The notes beneath the pieces are model-generated. The model did no database searches. It saw only the letters and a program-made list of their open reading frames with translations, and had not been told where the DNA came from. A DNA stretch of 17,813 bases from a virus. Its lineage: Duplodnaviria > Heunggongvirae > Uroviricota > Caudoviricetes. The DNA lies in IMG/VR virus record IMGVR_UViG_2529292871_000023; one strand, given 5' to 3'. This document shows positions 7,796 through 15,658 of this stretch, one piece after another. Numbering within the stretch: position 1 is the first letter of the stretch; every line of letters begins with the position of its first letter. A program made the translations under genes and the position numbers.

Positions 7796-8234
7796 AAAGG
7801 TGAAAACCGGCAGTTCATCCAGTAAGTCAGTATTGACCTGGCTTGCTGATATGTGCGGTGCCGATTTGTGTGCATACCCGTCTGTATCTGCACTGGCAGA
7901 AGTAACGGAACTGAACAAAAAGACTGTGCAGGACAGCTTACGACACCTGATGGAGATTGGGTTAATTGTTGATACCGGTGAGAGAAAAGGCAGAACAAAG
8001 CAAATTGTGGTGTACCGACTTATCGGTGTAGAAGAAAGTGTTGCCGAGCCTGAATACACCCAAAAACGGGAGTCTTTAAAGGTGGGTAAAATTGGTGCTG
8101 TTAATAAAAACAGTACCGAAAATGGTTATGTTTCAGCACAAAACAGACCCAAAAACAGAACTCTTAGCTGCATGGAAAATAACCAAAGACACCCAAAAAC
8201 GGATCACGGAACCCAAAGGAACCCAAAGATCTAA
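7767..8234 (+). CDS. Replication initiator (lambda O-like) N-terminal DNA-binding segment; frame ends inside the iteron-like repeat region
   Basis: MSIDALRWAKKVKTGSSSSKSVLTWLADMCGADLCAYPSVSALAEVTELNKKTVQDSLRHLMEIGLI... is a replication-initiator-type winged-helix domain. The ORF starts at 7692 in the track, but ATG 7767 is preferred. Confidence 0.6.
   Translation: MSIDALRWAKKVKTGSSSSKSVLTWLADMCGADLCAYPSVSALAEVTELNKKTVQDSLRHLMEIGLIVDTGERKGRTKQIVVYRLIGVEESVAEPEYTQKRESLKVGKIGAVNKNSTENGYVSAQNRPKNRTLSCMENNQRHPKTDHGTQRNPKI
8140..8232. repeat. Iteron-like direct repeats (ACCCAAA[A/G]), candidate replication origin inside the O-like gene
   Basis: ACCCAAA at 8147-8153, 8191-8197, 8211-8217 and 8221-8227, plus the variant AACCAAAG at 8182-8189. 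Position mirrors lambda ori, which sits within O. Confidence 0.4.
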
Positions 8235-8284
8235 ACCCCACACATAACGCACGCGAGAGTGCTCCGACCAGTGAGCAGGAAGTT

Positions 8285-8785
8285 TTGTCGTTACAGGCAG
8301 CCCCCCCTGTATTCCTGTATGGCCTGAGCGAACCCATCGGAAAATTCCCGATGAGCGATAGCTGGTATCCGTCACGGGATTTTCGACGACGGGCTGCGTT
8401 GTGGGGGATGGCTTTGCCGGAGACAGAATTTACACCTGCTGAACTTGCCGCCTTCCGGGACTACTGGGCAGCGGAGGGGAAAGTGTTTACGCAGATTCAG
8501 TGGGAGCAGAAATTCGCCCGTCACGTAAATCACGTCAGGGCGCAGGTTAAACCAGTCAGCAAGGGGGTAAACCATGCAGCAGCACCAGGTGGCACCGCAT
8601 CACGGGCAGTTCAGGAAATTCGGGCAGCACGTGAGCAGTGGGAACGTGAAAACGGATTTATCAGCGACGGAAACGGCCTGGAAGCTGTGGGAACTCATGG
8701 GGGTGGTTTATTCGAACCGCTGGATCCAGAAGAACGGGGCCGCACCTTCGAAGCTCTGGATTGCACAGATTGGCGCGATGACTGA
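8285..8785 (+). CDS. O-like replication protein, C-terminal segment; this frame is open from 8183 and its real end is probably near 8570
   Basis: Frame reads ...PMSDSWYPSRDFRRRAALWGMALPETEFTPAELAAFRDYWAAEGKVFTQIQWEQKFARHVNHVRAQVKPVSKG. Beyond about 8574 the P-like frame is the one with family similarity. Removing one G from the G5 run at 8563-8567 places a TAA stop directly before the P start. Confidence 0.4.
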   Translation: MSLQAAPPVFLYGLSEPIGKFPMSDSWYPSRDFRRRAALWGMALPETEFTPAELAAFRDYWAAEGKVFTQIQWEQKFARHVNHVRAQVKPVSKGVNHAAAPGGTASRAVQEIRAAREQWERENGFISDGNGLEAVGTHGGGLFEPLDPEERGRTFEALDCTDWRDD

Positions 8786-9239
8786 GCAGCAAATCCGGCA
8801 GGTCTGCCGCCAGTGCATGGACCGCTGCCGGGCGGGTGAAACATGGCCTCCGGACCTGGCTGAGTTTGTGGCACTGATTTCGGAAAAGCGGAGCAATCCA
8901 TTCGGTCTGACGGTGGATGCTGTGATGGAGGAGTACCGCCGCTGGCGCAATGAGTCCTGGCGATACGACGGAAGTGATAAGTACCCGTGGTCTCAGCCTG
9001 TGCTGTATCACATTTGTCTCGAGATGCGTTCAAAGGGGATCGAGCGTCAGATGACCGAAGGGGAGTTAAAACGACTTGCAGAACGGCAGCTGACGAAATG
9101 GGCAAAGCATGTTGGTAACGGCCTCAGTGTTCCGCCAGTCCGGCGGCAACTGGCGGCACCCAAACGACCGTCGGGACCAACGCCAATTGAGTTGCTGAAA
9201 CAGGAATATGAGCGCCGGAAAGCGGCTGGTTTTGTATGA
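8574..9239 (+). CDS. Replication protein P-like (lambda P family helicase loader)
   Basis: 221 aa. Segment PPDLAEFVALISEKR...EEYRRWRNESWRYDGSDKYPWSQPVLYHICLEMRSKG...ELKRLAERQL parallels lambda P (PSPGQFVAWCREEA...YPWKSNAHYWLVTNLYQNMR...AELRRKAADEL). AGGGGG ribosome-binding site 8 nt upstream. Confidence 0.75.
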   Translation: MQQHQVAPHHGQFRKFGQHVSSGNVKTDLSATETAWKLWELMGVVYSNRWIQKNGAAPSKLWIAQIGAMTEQQIRQVCRQCMDRCRAGETWPPDLAEFVALISEKRSNPFGLTVDAVMEEYRRWRNESWRYDGSDKYPWSQPVLYHICLEMRSKGIERQMTEGELKRLAERQLTKWAKHVGNGLSVPPVRRQLAAPKRPSGPTPIELLKQEYERRKAAGFV

Positions 9240-9270
9240 TTGAGAAGTGATTTTTACCGGGAGGAAATTT

Positions 9271-10005
9271 ATGGAGACTGTTTTTGACGCACTGAAAGCG
9301 ATGGGAAAAGCCACGTCGGTAGAGCTGGCTGCGCGACTTGATATCAGTCGTGAAGAAGTACTGAACGAGCTGTGGGAACTGAAAAAGGCTGGCTTCGTTG
9401 ATAAAAGCGTATACACCTGGCGTGTGGCTGATAACAACGTTCAGCAGGAACAGCCAGCGCCAGAAGAAACCACCACGGCAACAGAAGCGAAAATCTCAGA
9501 GTGCGATTTAACCGCGACGATTGAACAACGCGGACCACAAACGGCGGATGAACTGGCTACGCTGTTCGGTACAACATCCCGCAAAGTTGCTTCAACGCTG
9601 GCAATGGCAATCAGCAAAGGTCGTCTGATTCGCGTAAACCAGAACGGTAAAATTCGTTACTGCATACCAGGTGATAATTTACCAGCAGAGCCGAAAGTTG
9701 AATCGGTAGCGGAAACCGATGGTAAAGCCTTTCCTCAGCCAGCCGGTGTTGCGTTACCGGTACAGAAAGATGCAACACAGGAAGATATTAAAACAGAAAC
9801 TGTGGCGGACATTGTGCAGTCGCTGCCATCGTTTACTGCAACGCGAGAAGATGATTTGATTTTGCCATCGCTGCATATGGCAAATCGCGAACTGCGTAGG
9901 GCGAAGAATCATGTCCAGAAGTGGGAGCGAGTCTGCGCCGCGCTGCGGGAGCTGAACAAGCACCGGGATATGGTTGCCGGGATTTGTCGGAAGTCCGGGC
10001 AATGA
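9271..10005 (+). CDS. Hypothetical protein with two winged-helix-like segments
   Basis: 244 aa from ATG 9271 with GGGAGG ribosome-binding site. Repeated HTH-like segments [28 protein letters not shown] and [30 protein letters not shown]. Confidence 0.55.
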   Translation: METVFDALKAMGKATSVELAARLDISREEVLNELWELKKAGFVDKSVYTWRVADNNVQQEQPAPEETTTATEAKISECDLTATIEQRGPQTADELATLFGTTSRKVASTLAMAISKGRLIRVNQNGKIRYCIPGDNLPAEPKVESVAETDGKAFPQPAGVALPVQKDATQEDIKTETVADIVQSLPSFTATREDDLILPSLHMANRELRRAKNHVQKWERVCAALRELNKHRDMVAGICRKSGQ

Positions 10006-10040
10006 GCGGATGGTGCAGGCCTGAAATCATGATACTAACA

Positions 10041-10613
10041 ATGAAGGTAAAATGCATCGGCAGTCTGATTGGTCGTAGTGAGGCGGCGGTCAGGATGAAA
10101 GCCCAGGTTAAGGGAATAAGCCTGATTCTGCGGGGTGATTTTCACCAGTCAACAAAATATCCGTAGCGCGATAACGGTCAAAAATTATGGCGCTGACACT
10201 TTTGTGCCACTGGAGATGACTGTACCTAAGTTCAGGGGAGAAGAACACGTCCGGTGGGATGGTCGGGCCAGATTTAAAGGGCAGGTCATGGCTCCAGCCT
10301 GTACGCTGGCAATGGAGGCTGCCTGGCGGGAAATTGATATGGGAACCACGCCACTCAGGGATTTACTGCCGGTCCAGAGAATAAATTCCTGTTACGGTTA
10401 CACCACTGTGATCTTGCAAGTGCAGGAAAGTAGGTCTACACGGTAACGCGAGTGCGTGTAACTTTTGATGTCATTCCCGTAGAAACACCGGACAAATTTT
10501 CGCTGACAGGTCATGCAGAAGGTATAAATCTGCAGATTATGGACAATTACGGATATCCGGCAAGAGCCGGAAAAAGCATGCCGCCTCTAATTCTCAGTGG
10601 AAGATGGACTTGA
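10041..10613 (+). pseudogene. Degraded gene remnant, possibly a chaperone-usher pilin-like subunit, broken across three frames
   Basis: Frame at 10135..10446 contains RFKGQVMAPACTLAMEA...DMGTTPLRDL, reminiscent of the conserved pilin N-terminal motif FKGxVVxxACxV...LGxV. Coding-like sequence continues in another frame to 10613. No intact ORF and no clear signal peptide. Confidence 0.25.
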
Positions 10614-10672
10614 TTATACTCATTGCATTGTCAGAAATAGTTATCCATTAAAGGCTGGCTATTCCAAACAGG

Positions 10673-10700
10673 ATGTTGATTACAAAAATGTAATCAACAT
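10673..10700. repeat. 12-bp perfect inverted repeat (ATGTTGATTACA-aaaa-TGTAATCAACAT), candidate regulator binding site
   Basis: Read directly from the sequence. Located about 165 bp upstream of the substrate-binding protein gene in a very AT-rich intergenic region. Confidence 0.6.
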
Positions 10701-10864
10701 GTAAGGTTTATACTCTTCAATATGCGTATAATTTTCCTTATTTTGTTGACTTTAAATAACAAGCTATGCACGAGGTAAAGTCGGATAAGTTTATCTGGAT
10801 GTAATATATATTATTTGTAGTGTTTATAACTTTATTTCATGATAACCAATAAAAGGAGTTTTTT

Positions 10865-11623
10865 ATGAGGAACATAATGGCAGGTTTTTTAATATTCCTG
10901 TCTTCTGCTGCTTATGCTGATATCAATCTGTATGGTCCTGGTGGCCCGCATACAGCCTTGCTTGATGCAGCCAAACTTTATGCCGAAAAAACAGGTATTA
11001 TAGTGAACGTTCATTACGGCCCACAGAACAAATGGAATGAAGATGCCAAAAAAAATGCAGATATCTTGTTTGGCGCATCAGAACAATCTGCTCTGGCTAT
11101 CATTCGGGACCATAAAGACAGCTTCAGTGAAAAAGATATTCAGCCTCTTTATCTGCGAAAAAGTATTTTACTGGTAAAGAAAGGTAATCCTAAAAATATC
11201 CGGAGTATTGACGACCTGACCAGACCTGGGATTGGCGTAATTGTTAATGATGGTGGTGGTACCAGTAATACATCAGGCACTGGCGTCTGGGAAGATATTG
11301 CCGGACGTAAAGGGAATATAGAAACTGTCGCCGCAATCCGAAAAAATATTATTTTATATGCGCCCAATAGCGGAACTGCACGTAAGGCTCTTGAGAATCA
11401 GCCTGGAGCAGATGTCTGGATAACCTGGGCTGACTGGGCAGCCAGTAATCCAGAAATTGGTGATGTCGTGGAAATAGCGCCAGACTACGTGATATGGCGT
11501 GATATGAACATTACAGTACGTCAGGATGCAAATGATGAAACCCGTCGATTTGCAGAATGGCTACAAACCGATGAAGCGGCGCCTGCATTCAAAAAATATG
11601 GCTGGACCAGGAAAGGCACTTGA
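10865..11623 (+). CDS. Orphan periplasmic substrate-binding protein (ABC-transporter-type binding-protein fold, ModA/sulfate-binding-like), moron
   Basis: 252 aa. N-terminal signal peptide MRNIMAGFLIFLSSAAYA. AAGGAG ribosome-binding site. Preceded by about 400 bp of AT-rich DNA. No permease or ATPase gene adjacent. Confidence 0.75.
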   Translation: MRNIMAGFLIFLSSAAYADINLYGPGGPHTALLDAAKLYAEKTGIIVNVHYGPQNKWNEDAKKNADILFGASEQSALAIIRDHKDSFSEKDIQPLYLRKSILLVKKGNPKNIRSIDDLTRPGIGVIVNDGGGTSNTSGTGVWEDIAGRKGNIETVAAIRKNIILYAPNSGTARKALENQPGADVWITWADWAASNPEIGDVVEIAPDYVIWRDMNITVRQDANDETRRFAEWLQTDEAAPAFKKYGWTRKGT

Positions 11624-11742
11624 CATCCTCGTCCTTCAGGACGTGGATTCTTTTTCCGGATGCCGCGCCAGCGGCATGTAGGGGCAGCTCACAAAACGGA
11701 AAAAATTGTACGCTAAGCCTCGCCAGGTGAACTGAATTCATT

Positions 11743-11766
11743 CCGATATGGGAATTCCCATATCGG
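11743..11766. repeat. 24-bp perfect palindrome CCGATATGGGAATTCCCATATCGG
   Basis: Read directly from the sequence; centred on GAATTC. Flanked by further hairpin-capable repeats at 11630-11643 and 11826-11861, upstream of hokD. Confidence 0.9.
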
Positions 11767-11958
11767 GCGAAAACGGTTTGCTGTAACGGCAGAGTTAAGT
11801 AGGATTGCTGCGGGTGCTTGAGGCTATCTGCCTCGGGCATGAACACCAACGGCAGATAGATAAAAGCCCCACCCGACTATAAATCGAAGTGAGGCCCCTA
11901 TATGCTCGTCACATATAGATTGCCTCTTACGGACCGAAAGGTCAAGGAGAAGCAGGCT

Positions 11959-12114
11959 ATGAAGCAGCAAAAGGCGATGTTAATCGCCCTGATCGTCATC
12001 TGTTTAACCGTCATAGTGACGGCACTGGTAACGAGGAAAGACCTCTGCGAGGTACGAATCCGAACCGGCCAGACGGAGGTCGCTGTCTTCACAGCTTACG
12101 AACCTGAGGAGTAA
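11959..12114 (+). CDS. hokD: Hok-family type I toxin (HokD/RelF)
   Basis: 51 aa, MKQQKAMLIALIVICLTVIVTALVTRKDLCEVRIRTGQTEVAVFTAYEPEE, matching recalled E. coli HokD. AGGAG ribosome-binding site. The listed ORF extends upstream in frame to 11902. Confidence 0.85.
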   Translation: MKQQKAMLIALIVICLTVIVTALVTRKDLCEVRIRTGQTEVAVFTAYEPEE

Positions 12115-12330
12115 GAGACCCGGCGGGGGAGAAATCCCTCGCCACCTCTGATGTGGCAGGCATCCTCAACGCACCCGCACTTAACCCGCTTCGGCGGGTT
12201 TTTGTTTTTATTTTCAACGCGTTTGAAGTTCTGGACGGTGCCGGAATAGAATCAAAAATACTTAAGTAGCGCGCAGGGATAAGAGGGATGGTCCCTTAAA
12301 GGGGAGAGCTAATTATCCGGAAGGATTCTG

Positions 12331-12591
12331 ATGATGAACATCGAAGAACTGCGTAAAATTTTTTGTGAAGATGGCCTCTATGCTGTGTGCGTTGAAAATG
12401 GCGCTATTGTCAGCCACTGCCGTATTAAATGTTTACAGTCTCTACATAGGAAGAGTGGAGCTGCGTTAATTTACTTTGTGGATGGGCTTGTGACGGATGG
12501 TTTTATTTTGCGTGCAAATGAATTTGTCACATCGTTGCCGTCTCTGAAAGAAGCTGGGATTAAGGCTGGTTTTTCTGCTTTTGAAGATTAG
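12331..12591 (+). CDS. Small hypothetical protein, Rem-like by size and position (downstream of hokD, upstream of ydfU-like)
   Basis: 86 aa. Assignment is by synteny with the Qin order hokD-rem-ydfU, not by sequence recall. Confidence 0.45.
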   Translation: MMNIEELRKIFCEDGLYAVCVENGAIVSHCRIKCLQSLHRKSGAALIYFVDGLVTDGFILRANEFVTSLPSLKEAGIKAGFSAFED

Positions 12592-12660
12592 TGAATTCAT
12601 CTACAATTCAGCGCAGGGCTGAACCCCTGTTGAGTAACACTGTGCCACCGGAGAAAGCCG

Positions 12661-12939
12661 ATGGCGCAAAATTCCAGACTACACAATTCTGATAATTCAG
12701 CCGTCTTTGCCAGCAGGCACGGGCGGCGTTCTCATGCATTCAAATCTGACTGGTTCCGGCACGCCCCATGCACTGAAGAACAGGCCGAATGGCTGATTCA
12801 GAACTACCGCAGACGTGGGTATGAGTTTAGGAAAGCCCTCAGCCTCGATTATCGTCACTGGATAATCTACGTCAGGCTGCCGTACTCCGAGCGCCCACCG
12901 CGTCCGTCCCGCACATTCCAGCAACGCATCTGGAGGTAA
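12661..12939 (+). CDS. Hypothetical 92-aa basic protein
   Basis: GGAGA ribosome-binding site. Ends 1 nt before the GTG start of the next gene. Confidence 0.45.
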   Translation: MAQNSRLHNSDNSAVFASRHGRRSHAFKSDWFRHAPCTEEQAEWLIQNYRRRGYEFRKALSLDYRHWIIYVRLPYSERPPRPSRTFQQRIWR

Positions 12940-12940
12940 C

Positions 12941-13996
12941 GTGCGGGTATTACTTCGACCTGTTCCGGTACCGGAACTTGGGTTGGTGGTCCTTAAACCA
13001 GGCCGTGAATCCATGCAGGTATTCCATAACCCTCGAGTGCTTGTGGAGCCGGAACCGAAAAGCATGCGCGGTCTGCCGTCCGGCATCGTCCCTGCCGTTC
13101 GCCAGCCGCTGGCGGAGGATAAATCATTACTGCCGTTTTTCAGCAATGAGCGTGTGATTCGTGCTGTTGGTGGCGCTGGTGCACTGTCTGACTGGCTGTT
13201 GCGTCATGTCAAATCCTGCCAGTGGCCTCATGGTGACTATCATCACAGTGAAACCGTTATTCACCGTTATGGTACCGGCGCAATGGTGTTGTGCTGGCAC
13301 TGCGACAACCAGCTGCGTGACCAGACATCCGAATCACTCGAGCAACTTGCTCATCAAAACCTGTCAGCATGGATGATTGACGTCATCGGTCACGCAATAA
13401 GCGGTACGCAGGAGCGTGAATTATCTCTGGCTGAATTATCCTGGTGGGCGGTCCGCAATCAGGTGGCGGACGCGCTACCGGAAGCGGTATTACGTCGTTC
13501 GCTGGGGTTGCGTGCGGAAAAAATCCGCTCCGTATACCGTGAGAGTGACATCGTACCGGGAGAACAGACAGCCACCAGCATACTGAAGCAGCGCACAAAA
13601 AATCTTGCGCCGCTGCCTCACGCCCACCAGCAAAACCCGCCACAGGAAAAGACGGTGGTCAGCATTGCCGTTGATCCGGAGTCACCGGCTCAGTATCTCC
13701 AGCGCCAGAAATCACAACGGGAAGAGATGCCTGTATACACGCGCTGGGTAAAAACGCAGAAATGCATGACGTGTGGCAATCAGGCAGATGATCCGCATCA
13801 CATCATTGGTCATGGACTGGGAGGGATGGGAACAAAGGCTGATGATTTGTTTGTTATTCCGCTGTGCCGTAAATGCCATAACGAACTGCACGCTGGGGTA
13901 AAAGATTTTGAAGAAAAACACGGCAGCCAGCTGTTGTTGCTGATTCGTTTTTTAATGCACGCGAGAAATTCGGGTGTCCTGAAGTGGAAAGCATGA
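12941..13996 (+). CDS. ydfU: YdfU-like phage protein with C-terminal HNH-type zinc-finger nuclease motif
   Basis: 351 aa, GTG start with GGAGG ribosome-binding site. C-terminus CMTCGNQADDPHHIIGHGLGG...CRKCHNELH is HNH-like. Size and synteny match Qin ydfU (recalled as 349 aa). Confidence 0.6.
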   Translation: MRVLLRPVPVPELGLVVLKPGRESMQVFHNPRVLVEPEPKSMRGLPSGIVPAVRQPLAEDKSLLPFFSNERVIRAVGGAGALSDWLLRHVKSCQWPHGDYHHSETVIHRYGTGAMVLCWHCDNQLRDQTSESLEQLAHQNLSAWMIDVIGHAISGTQERELSLAELSWWAVRNQVADALPEAVLRRSLGLRAEKIRSVYRESDIVPGEQTATSILKQRTKNLAPLPHAHQQNPPQEKTVVSIAVDPESPAQYLQRQKSQREEMPVYTRWVKTQKCMTCGNQADDPHHIIGHGLGGMGTKADDLFVIPLCRKCHNELHAGVKDFEEKHGSQLLLLIRFLMHARNSGVLKWKA

Positions 13997-14367
13997 ATGA
14001 CTGAACGCATAGAATTTGTTTTGCCTTACCCGCCGACGGTGAACACCTACTGGCGACGTCGTGGCAGCACATATTTTGGTCAAAAGCCGGTGAGCGTTAT
14101 CGCCGTGATGTGGCACTTATTGTTCGCCAGCAGCGGCTGAAATTAAACCTGTCCGGAAGGCTGGCGATAAAGATTATTGCAGAGCCACCGGATAAGCGCC
14201 GCCGCGACCTGGACAATATCCTGAAGGCACCACTGGATGCGCTTACGCATGCCGGACTACTTATAGACGACGAGCAGTTTGATGAAATCAATATTGTGCG
14301 CGGTCAGCTCGTTTCTGGTGGGCGGCTGGGCGTGAAGATAAAAATCACAGAACTGGAGTGCGCATGA
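13997..14367 (+). CDS. rusA: RusA Holliday-junction resolvase, frame-disrupted as written
   Basis: N-terminus MTERIEFVLPYPPTVNTYWRRRGSTYF stops at 14137. The C-terminal frame (14110..14367) reads ...ERYRRDVALIV...IKIIAEPPDKRRRDLDNILKAPLDALTHAGLLIDDEQ..., matching the RusA core DRRRRDLDN. Adding one base to the T4 run at 14074-14077 or the A4 run at 14082-14085 restores continuity. Confidence 0.75.
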
Positions 14368-15053
14368 ATAACCACTATTTACAGTTTGTGCGTGAGCAGC
14401 TCATTATCGCCACCGCTGATTTGAGTGGGGCAACAAAAGGTCAGCTTGAAGCCTGGCAGGAGAATGCCATGTTCGATACAGGGCGTTACAGGCGAAAAAA
14501 AATCCGGTACCGCGATGAAGTGACTGGAAAAATGATAACGCGGGATAATCCACCAATCCCGGGAAAGCAATCGCTGGCGAAGGTGACGTCAATTCCTCTG
14601 GTCAGTCCGGTTGAGTTTTCGACATCATCGTGGCGGCGGGCTGTTCTGTCTCTTGAAGAACATCATAAAGCCTGGTTGTTGTGGTGTTACAGCGGGAGTA
14701 TTTGTTGGGAATATCAGATCGCGATAACACAGTGGGCGTGGAATGAATTTAATACTCAATCCGGTACCAGAAAAATTGCTGGGAAAACGCAGGAACGCCT
14801 GAAAAAATTAATCTGGCTGGCGGCGCAGGCAGTAAAAGCAGAACTTTTTGGTGGGGAAGGTTATGAATATCAGGAGCTGGCATTACTGGCGGGAGTGACA
14901 ACTAAAAACTGGTCCAAAACATTTACTCGTCACTGGGTTGCAATGAAACACATTTTTCACCGACTGGATAGTGAGGCTTTATTATTTGTAATGAGAACAC
15001 GTTCAAAACAAAAGGCGGCATTTTCAAAGCAAAGTGTTGCAAAAGTAGATTGA
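14364..15053 (+). CDS. Putative late-gene antiterminator (Q-like), assigned mainly by position
   Basis: 230 aa from ATG 14364, which overlaps the rusA stop (ATGA). Lies between rusA and a terminator/tRNA cluster, the canonical Q position in lambdoid phages. No sequence-level match recalled. Confidence 0.45.
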   Translation: MNNHYLQFVREQLIIATADLSGATKGQLEAWQENAMFDTGRYRRKKIRYRDEVTGKMITRDNPPIPGKQSLAKVTSIPLVSPVEFSTSSWRRAVLSLEEHHKAWLLWCYSGSICWEYQIAITQWAWNEFNTQSGTRKIAGKTQERLKKLIWLAAQAVKAELFGGEGYEYQELALLAGVTTKNWSKTFTRHWVAMKHIFHRLDSEALLFVMRTRSKQKAAFSKQSVAKVD

Positions 15054-15116
15054 AAGGCATATATTTCATGCAAATCTGATATTTTGCCGATTTTGTACGT
15101 GATGGCAAAAGCAAAC

Positions 15117-15146
15117 AAAACCCGCCCACAAGCGGGTTTTGTTGTG
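15117..15146 (+). terminator. Intrinsic terminator-like hairpin downstream of the Q-like gene
   Basis: AAAACCCGC-ccacaa-GCGGGTTTT followed by GTTGTG; perfect 9-bp stem with a U-rich tail. Confidence 0.5.
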
Positions 15147-15246
15147 CCACTTATCTCGGATAGACATGGTGAATGCGCTGGTGGAGGAGATAAGGGTGAT
15201 TTTTGTATGCTTGCAACATTGATTTCGTCGTTATTATTCAGCAATC

Positions 15247-15322
15247 GGCCCTTTAGCTCAGTGGTGAGAGCGAGCGACTCATAATCGCCAGGTCGCTGGT
15301 TCAAATCCAGCAAGGGCCACCA
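15247..15322 (+). tRNA. tRNA with anticodon CAU, ileX/ileZ-like (tRNA-Ile2 lysidine type, or Met)
   Basis: Hand-folded cloverleaf: acceptor GGCCCTT/AAGGGCC, D-stem GCTC/GAGC, anticodon loop CTCATAA, T-arm GCTGG-TTCAAAT-CCAGC, discriminator A plus encoded CCA. Strong resemblance to E. coli ileX. Confidence 0.85.
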
Positions 15323-15323
15323 A

Positions 15324-15399
15324 CCGCCACTAGCTCATCAGGAAAGAACGTCACCCTTTAAGTTGAGTGTGCGAGGTTCGAGTCCCCGGTGGTGGTCCA
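15324..15399 (+). tRNA. tRNA-like element, probably a degenerate or pseudo tRNA
   Basis: Acceptor CCGCCAC/GTGGTGG (one G-U pair), T-loop TTCGAGT, encoded CCA. D-stem and T-stem each carry a mismatch, and the best anticodon stem (CACCC/GAGTG) encloses an 8-nt loop TTTAAGTT. Confidence 0.4.
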
Positions 15400-15412
15400 T
15401 TATCGGTATTCT

Positions 15413-15486
15413 GCGTTGTTAGCTCAGCAGGACAGAGCAATTGCCTTCTAAGCAATCGGTCACTGGTTCGACTCCAGTACAACGCG
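15413..15486 (+). tRNA. tRNA-Arg (anticodon UCU)
   Basis: Hand-folded: acceptor GCGTTGT/ACAACGC, D-stem GCTC/GAGC, anticodon stem ATTGC/GCAAT with loop CTTCTAA, T-arm ACTGG-TTCGACT-CCAGT. CCA is not encoded. Confidence 0.8.
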
Positions 15487-15502
15487 CTACACTTATTTTC
15501 CC

Positions 15503-15526
15503 GGCTCGCTTTTGCGGGCCTTTTTT
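15503..15526 (+). terminator. Rho-independent terminator after the tRNA cluster
   Basis: Stem GGCTCGC/GCGGGCC with 4-nt loop TTTT, followed by a T6 run. Confidence 0.6.
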
Positions 15527-15658
15527 GTATCTGCGCCACGCCCGGCGCATACCAACCACAGAGCCTTTCGGGGGGGAGCTTACGGAGTGGTCAGTGTGAC
15601 TTTCTCTGTGGGCAGATCGCTCCCGGGCGTTGGCTCACCCACCCAAAGGAACGTCACG

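Noticed and set aside
7009-8059. Several minus-strand ORFs (7009..7371, 7411..7701, 7595..8059, 7792..7998)
   Set aside because: All are antisense to the well-supported Cro-like, YdaT-like and O-like genes and read as low-complexity Ser/Thr-rich sequence.
8661-9437. Minus-strand ORFs antisense to the P-like gene (8661..9011, 8695..9105, 8708..8950, 9066..9437)
   Set aside because: They overlap a gene with clear family similarity on the opposite strand and have Arg/Pro/Ser-rich composition typical of antisense frames in GC-rich DNA.
10001-10166. 54-aa ORF ([18 protein letters not shown]...) coupled to the stop of the 9271..10005 gene
   Set aside because: No family support, and it falls within the degraded pilin-like remnant. 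Cannot be distinguished from a chance ORF.
12697-14072. Minus-strand ORFs antisense to the 92-aa and YdfU-like genes (12697..13146, 13383..13643, 13712..14072 group)
   Set aside because: Shadow ORFs opposite a gene with a conserved HNH motif; no start-site support.
15324-15399. Middle tRNA as a functional suppressor tRNA (one fold gives anticodon UUA, which would read UAA)
   Set aside because: That fold needs a badly mismatched anticodon stem. The better-paired alternative has an 8-nt loop. Too degenerate to call a function by hand.
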